A stretch of DNA of 64,000 nt from a virus (Duplodnaviria; Heunggongvirae; Uroviricota; Caudoviricetes). The notes under the pieces are model-generated. The model saw only the letters and a program-made list of their open reading frames with translations. It had not been told where the DNA came from and ran no database searches. Location of the stretch: the IMG/VR virus record IMGVR_UViG_3300034157_000063; one strand, written 5' to 3'. The translations under genes and the position numbers were made by a program. This document shows, one piece after another, positions 58,118 to 64,000 of this stretch (the first letter of the stretch is position 1; each line of letters starts with the position of its first letter).

Positions 58118-60028
58118 ATGTTAACCAAAGAAGAAATAGAAATTTTAAGCGACTCTCATGCTAACAGCTATGATAGTTATGAAGACTTCGCATTCCACAA
58201 TAATTTTAGAAATAAGACGGCTGATCGGGCTGAACATAAGTATAATGCTCGTTTTGATAGTTATTTTTTCAAGCTTGATTCCATGTATAATAAACTGACA
58301 GGTCAGGCATATATCGTCTCTCAACAAATGAATGAATTTAGAAAAATACATTCTGTTATTGATTTCAATGATTACAAATCCGTTCAAGATTTCTTATTTA
58401 AAACAAACTCAATGAAAGATATTGTACGAACATTAAATAGATTAAAACCTGCCAATATTATTGAAGACCTTTCTGTTAACTTTAATGGTTGGGCAGCAAT
58501 TGCAGAAGAACAAGGTGTCGATATTTCTCAACAATTAAATAAAATTGAAACATTATGTACAGCTCTTCGTGCAGAAGATATCATCTCTCCCATCTTAAGT
58601 AAACTTGAAAAAGCTCAACGCCTTTTAAGTGATGTTAATTATGATAACCGTCTTGTTACTTTATCTAATCCTACTGATCTAGAAAAATCGACCTATATGG
58701 AAAGTTGCTTTAATTTAAAAAGACATGTTGCTTTTTTTGAAAAATATTTCAATCAAGAGAATGTTTTAAATACACTCATTAAAGATAGTAAAGTTTTTGA
58801 ATATATTGATCAATATAAAACAATAAGAAAAGAAATAGTCGATACATTAATAAAAAATAAGCCTGATTTTTCTTATTCATGTGCTCATAAGTTTGTGACT
58901 TTATTTAATAATGCGGGTGCTGTTGAACTTATGCTTTTAGAGCGTTCTAATACTGATCTAGATTCTGTTCATCGTATTCGCAACACTATTAAAATAGATG
59001 ATAAAAACTCGCAGGTGAGTCAGATTAATCTCTTTGATGATAACAGTATTGCTATCAAAAAATCGTCTGGTGATTGGGTCAATCTTAACTCAAAAGAATT
59101 AAAAGATTCATTTATTGAAAACTTTATGTACAAAGAATTATTCAATAAATTAAAAAAAAGTCCTACTATTGCAAAAATGTTTGTGACTAAGTTGAAAGAA
59201 GATTTTGATGAGTGTATACATTCATTTGTTGCCGCAAATACCTATCTTGAGTATGAAGCTATTTTAAAATCAAAAGACTATAATCTACTTGAAGAAATAG
59301 ATGATTCATTATTTGAATCCTTGGATGACTCAATGAATGCTTATGTGCGAAAACATAAAATAGAGCAATATGGATTAAGTATATCCAGCAAAAAATATCA
59401 ACATCTTTACGATGAGGATGTCTTTAAAACATTAGAACTCTTATATGATTTAAAAATACCAGCAAGTGAACTACAAGAAAGTTTAGGTAAAAAACTTGCG
59501 TCCTTTAAAACCAGTGAAGACTTTAATAAAGGATTAAAACAACTTTACTCTATTCATAGTGGATTTAATACAGAAGCGATTATTAAAAAAGCTAATGCCA
59601 TTAATGCAGAAGTCATTAAAAATGATAACAACTTGATTATTTTAAAAATAGAGAACTTTCAACAAAGTTCAGCGGTGGGTAGCACGTCTTGGTGTATCGT
59701 TCGAGATGAGGTTCATTTTAAAAGTTATAAAGAAGATTGTCAGCAATATTTCATTTATGATCTCAATAAAGATCCTGCTGATAACCATTCGCTTATTGGT
59801 ATTACATTGTATAAGGATGGATCTCACAGTGCAGCTCACTTAAAAAATGATAATCAACTTTATAATGATGAGAATGAGTTTAAAACATTACAATTAGAGA
59901 TTATTAAACATGACTTAAAAAGTTATCCTGCATTAAATGAAGAGTTAAAGTCAAAAATTGATGCTAATACTGATTCTAAAAAACAAAGCTTATTAAAAAA
60001 CATTACCTCGAAATTGTTTAATCGTTAA
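58118..60028 (+). CDS. large hypothetical protein, paralogue of 39458..41605 (GSTSWCI...AAH C-terminal domain)
   Basis: TGtTATAAT (-10) lies inside track ORF 58082..., so the start is placed at ATG 58118. Confidence 0.6.
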   Translation: MLTKEEIEILSDSHANSYDSYEDFAFHNNFRNKTADRAEHKYNARFDSYFFKLDSMYNKLTGQAYIVSQQMNEFRKIHSVIDFNDYKSVQDFLFKTNSMKDIVRTLNRLKPANIIEDLSVNFNGWAAIAEEQGVDISQQLNKIETLCTALRAEDIISPILSKLEKAQRLLSDVNYDNRLVTLSNPTDLEKSTYMESCFNLKRHVAFFEKYFNQENVLNTLIKDSKVFEYIDQYKTIRKEIVDTLIKNKPDFSYSCAHKFVTLFNNAGAVELMLLERSNTDLDSVHRIRNTIKIDDKNSQVSQINLFDDNSIAIKKSSGDWVNLNSKELKDSFIENFMYKELFNKLKKSPTIAKMFVTKLKEDFDECIHSFVAANTYLEYEAILKSKDYNLLEEIDDSLFESLDDSMNAYVRKHKIEQYGLSISSKKYQHLYDEDVFKTLELLYDLKIPASELQESLGKKLASFKTSEDFNKGLKQLYSIHSGFNTEAIIKKANAINAEVIKNDNNLIILKIENFQQSSAVGSTSWCIVRDEVHFKSYKEDCQQYFIYDLNKDPADNHSLIGITLYKDGSHSAAHLKNDNQLYNDENEFKTLQLEIIKHDLKSYPALNEELKSKIDANTDSKKQSLLKNITSKLFNR

Positions 60029-60040
60029 AAAAAAGACTCT

Positions 60041-61117
60041 TCATAGAGTCTTTTTGTTTCTTCTTTTATTGATTGCTTTATCTTTCTGCCCGATGCCTTT
60101 TAATTTATAATAGTTTTGATCGGCTATACTTATTTCTTCTATCTGTGATGGATATTCTTTTTTTATCTTTTCCCACAAACCTTTTGCACTGGGTGATTGT
60201 AATGATGAGCTTCTGAATACAATATTTTTATTATCATAATGTTCAGCCATCTTTAAATAAATTTGTGTGCCTAATCCTTTACCTTTAAAATTATCACTGA
60301 TCTTTGAATAGTCTATTGTGGCTACATCATTAAACATTTTCAAGTCTCTTTGAATTTTCTTGAATTGGTCTTTTAATTCATTCTTTTTAATGTTAAAGAT
60401 GATGTCATAATTAGTTTCAGTAAATACAACATCTTTTTCTTTTAAATATGCCATCTTTTCATCAGCACTCATGTGGTCATTGACTTGTATTTGATAATCT
60501 TGTCCTAGTAATTCTTTAATGATCGAATAATTGGTGTATTTAGTCTTTAAAAATCCGATTTGAACATTGTCCTTATACACTCTCAATTCATCCAATAACA
60601 ATAAAGAACCCAATGTCATATCACTGTTTTCAATAATCTTGTAACTGAATTCTTCACCTTCTTTTGAATAGATAACACCTTGATCTTTTAAATTACAAAA
60701 ATTCATCATCAATCCATTGGCTTCTTCTAATTTAATGTCATTGAGTGTTCCAAATATTTCTTTAAATTCAACTTCGCTGAGTGTTTTTAATTCTATGTTG
60801 GTCATTTCATTTTCTTTGTAGTCATAATTAGGATTGATTAAATAAGAACTGCTTAATCTTGGTTTATTTCCACCAATATCAATAAATTTGTCGCCCAATT
60901 TGTTTTGGTTAATATCTGAAAGATACTTTTGTTTGATAATAGCTCTCTTATGTGTTTTTTCATCACGTTCAAAGGTCACCATAGCAAGTTCTACACTTTC
61001 AACATCTTTAGTTTTCTGGTAATACGACCATGCAAACTCGGCATGATGGTTTTCTGAAAAATCTTTTTTGACAGCTTCGTCAATATATTCTCTTTTTAAA
61101 TACATATTAAAATACAT
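60041..61117 (-). CDS. hypothetical protein with a possible C-terminal GNAT-like acyltransferase region
   Basis: 358 aa. 'FKGKGLGTQIYLKMAEHYDNKNIVFRSS' resembles the GNAT motif A region. Tentative. Confidence 0.45.
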   Translation of the reverse strand: MYFNMYLKREYIDEAVKKDFSENHHAEFAWSYYQKTKDVESVELAMVTFERDEKTHKRAIIKQKYLSDINQNKLGDKFIDIGGNKPRLSSSYLINPNYDYKENEMTNIELKTLSEVEFKEIFGTLNDIKLEEANGLMMNFCNLKDQGVIYSKEGEEFSYKIIENSDMTLGSLLLLDELRVYKDNVQIGFLKTKYTNYSIIKELLGQDYQIQVNDHMSADEKMAYLKEKDVVFTETNYDIIFNIKKNELKDQFKKIQRDLKMFNDVATIDYSKISDNFKGKGLGTQIYLKMAEHYDNKNIVFRSSSLQSPSAKGLWEKIKKEYPSQIEEISIADQNYYKLKGIGQKDKAINKRRNKKTL

Positions 61118-61232
61118 AGTTGTTATTCTTATTGTAACATAATCTATTTTATTTTAAATATTTTTAAACCAGTCTTTTATTCTAGTTTTTTTGATGTATT
61201 ATTTAAGATTATTAAACTAAAAGGGTATTATT

Positions 61233-61628
61233 ATGACAGATAAAAAAGAATATGTTCTCGCCGTGGCATTCAGTGCTGATAAACGTAAAATATTACTCAT
61301 ACGCAAATTAACCCCAGAATGGCAGCGTGGTTTGTTAAATGGCCCCGGTGGAAAAATTGAAATGGGTGAAACTCCACTTCAAGCCATGATTCGTGAATTT
61401 AAAGAAGAAACTGGTGTTGATACAACAGCCGACCATTGGTCAGGTTTAGGTGCCATTGAAAGTGATGTGTTTAAAGTTTTTGTATTCAGCATGTTTGATG
61501 ACTTAATTTATCAGGCAAGAACCGTCGAAAAAGAAGTCGTTGATATCTTTAATGTGGATATTGATATGTTGGAAAAATGTGGCGTAGATAACCTTTACAA
61601 AATAGTGGAATTAGCACTTACTCAATAA
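61233..61628 (+). CDS. Nudix hydrolase
   Basis: Nudix box GGKIEMGETPLQAMIREFKEETGV (GX5EX7REUXEEXGU). Confidence 0.75.
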   Translation: MTDKKEYVLAVAFSADKRKILLIRKLTPEWQRGLLNGPGGKIEMGETPLQAMIREFKEETGVDTTADHWSGLGAIESDVFKVFVFSMFDDLIYQARTVEKEVVDIFNVDIDMLEKCGVDNLYKIVELALTQ

Positions 61629-61647
61629 TTCTAGCCTGCTTGAAAAG

Positions 61648-61677
61648 TTAAGAGACTTCGATGTCTCTTTTTTTTTG
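61648..61677 (+). terminator. rho-independent terminator
   Basis: AAGAGAC-TTCGAT-GTCTCTT followed by T8. Confidence 0.65.
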
Positions 61678-61710
61678 TGTGTTTTTGTGTTAAACTGTAT
61701 TAATAAACAA

Positions 61711-62304
61711 ATGGTAGTTGTTATGCTTGATGTCATAGAAGATAAAGAATTAAACGCACTTAACCAGAAAGGTTTGGATGATTTGGCTGTATTGAGACAA
61801 GTCTTTAATGTCAATGAATTGATGCAGCATTCGAAAAGTGATCATATTAAAAATTATTTTCAAAACTATTACAATGATTTACAAGTGGTCGTTTTAAGAC
61901 GTGATTTTATTGATCTCTATCCAAAGATTAAACAAATAGAAACAGAGTGGAAAAATGACCTTCCTACGCTTAATACAAGCAATCTGGCTATCTCAGACAA
62001 CCAAATAGAAGCTATGTTAACTCATCGTAAAAATAAGACCGTTGATGAGTTCCATTCATCCATGAAAGAAATTGGCAGTTATCTTTCTAACGATACATTA
62101 AAGAACATCGAAAAGAATAAAATCAGCCAGAATGAATTTGTGAATCAAAAGACCGTCTACAATGTGATTGCTTCCGAGACTTTGAAAAACAACAGTCATT
62201 TGTTCAAGCTTGATATTATGAGCAATTATACAATAGGCAGTAACGATATTTTTAAATCTGATACCGTAAAACCAGTGAAACAATGGAAACCATCCCATAA
62301 TTAA
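61711..62304 (+). CDS. hypothetical protein
   Basis: Track ORF 61675..62304. The start is uncertain (ATG 61711 or 61723). Confidence 0.45.
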   Translation: MVVVMLDVIEDKELNALNQKGLDDLAVLRQVFNVNELMQHSKSDHIKNYFQNYYNDLQVVVLRRDFIDLYPKIKQIETEWKNDLPTLNTSNLAISDNQIEAMLTHRKNKTVDEFHSSMKEIGSYLSNDTLKNIEKNKISQNEFVNQKTVYNVIASETLKNNSHLFKLDIMSNYTIGSNDIFKSDTVKPVKQWKPSHN

Positions 62305-62337
62305 GCAAGATTTTCTTGCTTTCTTTTTGTTTTTTTG
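62303..62337 (+). terminator. rho-independent terminator
   Basis: AAGCAAGA-TTTT-CTTGCTT followed by a T-rich run. Confidence 0.6.
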
Positions 62338-62516
62338 TTAGAATAGTCATATTAAACGAAACGCAATCAAAGGAACCACATCATGAACGCTTCAAACACA
62401 TTTCACTTTCAAAAGTCTTTCACCGTTCGATATTGAACTTCTCCGCTCTATGCTTCTTTTAGAGGCATTATCTATTTAACTAAAAATCAGCGACACACAA
62501 ACACAATTAAATTTTC

Positions 62517-63791
62517 GTGGAGAAAAATATTATGAACGCATTTATTCAAGAACTCAAACATCGTGGCCTCGTTTCTCAGATGACAGACGAAACCAAAATT
62601 TCAGAGCTTATGGACAATGGCTTGTCCCTATACTGTGGATTTGACCCAACTGCAGAGTCTTTGCATGTGGGTAGTCTTTTGCCATTGATTACTATGCTTC
62701 GATTTAAGAAAGCAGGTCATACTGTGTTCCCATTGATTGGTGGTGCTACCGGCATGATTGGTGACCCTAGCTTTAAAGCACAAGAACGTACTTTGAATGA
62801 CGCTGAAACAGTTAATCGTTTCAAAGCAGGTATTGCTGGTCAAATCAAACACATTCTGGGTGATGTAGAGCTTGTTGATAACCATGATTGGACTGTGAAC
62901 CTTTCAGTTATTGACTTCCTGCGGGATGTGGGCAAGCATTTCTCTGTCAATGCCATGATGAGTAAAGATTCGGTGCGTAGCCGCTTGGATCGTGATGATC
63001 AAGGTATTTCTTTTACCGAGTTCTCATACCAGCTCCTGCAGTCAATGGACTTCCATCACTTGATGAAAGAGAAAAATTGCCGTCTTCAACTGGGTGGTAG
63101 CGATCAGTGGGGTAACATTACGGCGGGTATCGACCTTATCCATCGTAAAGAAGGTAATGATGTCGTCGCCACTGGCTTGACTATTCCATTGCTGACCAAA
63201 GCGGATGGCACGAAGTTTGGTAAAAGCGAAAGTGGTGCGGTTTGGTTGTCCTCAGAAATGACCAGTCCTTTTGATTTCTTCCAGTTTTGGTTGAAAGTGG
63301 CGGATGCGGATATTCCTAAGTTCTTCAAAATGCTGTCCTTTAAGTCTATTGAAGAAATTGACGCTATCCTTGAAGCTGATAAAGAACGCACTAAACCGAT
63401 GGCTCAACAGCTTTTGGCCGAGGAATTGACTGTTATTGTTCATGGTCAAGCTGCACTTGATTCAGTATTGCGTAATATTAATGCTTTGTTTGATAACAAC
63501 TTTGATAGCTTGCAAGAAGATGATTTTGTCAATCTTGAAAAGAACGGTATGGTCGCTGTGGTTCCTGAGACATTGAATGTGCTTGATTTGATGGTCGCTA
63601 CTGGTTTGGCTAAGTCTAAACGACAAGGCCGAGAGTTTATCCAGAGTGGGGCTGTTCAAGTAAACGGTAACAAGTTGGTAGTCAGCGAGGATGACATGAA
63701 CGCTCTTGAAATTACAGATTTCAAGTTTGGTAAATTTGCTGTCTTTCAACGTGGTAAACGAGAGTTCCGACTCATTAAAAAGCCCGCCTAG
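62517..63791 (+). CDS. tyrS: tyrosyl-tRNA synthetase (bacterial type with a C-terminal S4 domain)
   Basis: 'GFDPTAESLHVGS' (HIGH region), 'KFGKS' (KMSKS), and a C-terminal S4-like region. SD GGAGAA. Confidence 0.9.
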   Translation: MEKNIMNAFIQELKHRGLVSQMTDETKISELMDNGLSLYCGFDPTAESLHVGSLLPLITMLRFKKAGHTVFPLIGGATGMIGDPSFKAQERTLNDAETVNRFKAGIAGQIKHILGDVELVDNHDWTVNLSVIDFLRDVGKHFSVNAMMSKDSVRSRLDRDDQGISFTEFSYQLLQSMDFHHLMKEKNCRLQLGGSDQWGNITAGIDLIHRKEGNDVVATGLTIPLLTKADGTKFGKSESGAVWLSSEMTSPFDFFQFWLKVADADIPKFFKMLSFKSIEEIDAILEADKERTKPMAQQLLAEELTVIVHGQAALDSVLRNINALFDNNFDSLQEDDFVNLEKNGMVAVVPETLNVLDLMVATGLAKSKRQGREFIQSGAVQVNGNKLVVSEDDMNALEITDFKFGKFAVFQRGKREFRLIKKPA

Positions 63792-63805
63792 TGCGGGTTT
63801 TTTAT
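63780..63805 (+). terminator. rho-independent terminator (overlaps the tyrS stop)
   Basis: AGCCCGC-CTAGT-GCGGGT followed by TTTTT. Confidence 0.65.
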
Positions 63806-64000
63806 TTCTTATAAAATACTCATTATTCAGCAGCGAATATGATTTTACTGTAATAGGTTGGTTTTCCATAAGTAGCATCAGCATCTTCACACGGAACGGT
63901 GACGACTTGTTCAAACGAACCACCGATTAAGCTTGTATTTTTTGCTGTATATTTTTTAAAGAGTTTTCCAAAGGTGTCGTAAACGTAAACGTTCTTGTAT

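Noticed and set aside
62369-62436. uORF (MNASNTFHFQKSFTVRY, good AGGA SD) in the tyrS leader as a Tyr attenuator
   Set aside because: It has only one Tyr codon, the last sense codon. The following hairpin (GCTCTA...TAGAGC) lacks a U-run. There is not enough evidence for attenuation, so I mention it only as a uORF worth noting.
63462-63923. 153-aa minus-strand ORF overlapping the tyrS 3' half
   Set aside because: Antisense to a conserved synthetase with no expression signals, so it is spurious.

Overview
This is an AT-rich (about 30% GC, estimated by eye) prokaryotic segment that uses the standard genetic code (TGA is read as a stop). Expression signals are bacterial: sigma70-type promoters (many extended -10 'TGnTATAAT'), GGAG-type Shine-Dalgarno sites, numerous rho-independent terminators, and ATGA/TAATG start-stop overlaps. 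I cannot identify the organism. The content fits a host-associated bacterium or a very large phage-like element.

Recognisable genes are NAD-dependent DNA ligase (ligA), seryl-tRNA synthetase (serS), tyrosyl-tRNA synthetase (tyrS), a ThrRS that lacks the N-terminal editing domains (thrS), tRNA-Pro(UGG) and a second tRNA with an unusual anticodon arm, an SPFH/band-7 protein, a BI-1/YccA membrane protein, an S49 (SppA/SohB-like) peptidase, and a Nudix hydrolase. A GNAT-like acyltransferase is a weaker call.

The dominant feature is a paralogous gene family with at least 38 members in this window, about 29 kb of 64 kb. The proteins are 190-300 aa, sit in tandem co-directional arrays, and share a near-invariant extreme C-terminal tail [LIVF]-x-x-M-x-x-[IYV]-stop (for example ...EMMYI, ...RMSYI, ...LEMLVI, ...KMTYY). 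serS is embedded inside the longest array.

The second notable feature is the thrS leader. It encodes a 25-aa peptide with six consecutive Thr codons, followed by mutually exclusive antiterminator and terminator helices. That is a classic ribosome-stalling attenuator architecture, here controlling a tRNA synthetase.

Other items:
- a 715-aa protein with a conserved 'GSxSWC...AAH' C-terminal domain, a 636-aa paralogue elsewhere in the window, and six tandem paralogous 4-TM proteins next to it;
- a signal-peptide-bearing modular secreted family with an internal domain duplication and duplicated terminator cassettes;
- a region with two T-arm-like motifs (GGGGTTCGAGTCCC and TGTTCGACTCC) that does not fold into a canonical tRNA by eye.

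No CRISPR array, transposase, integrase or rRNA was seen.
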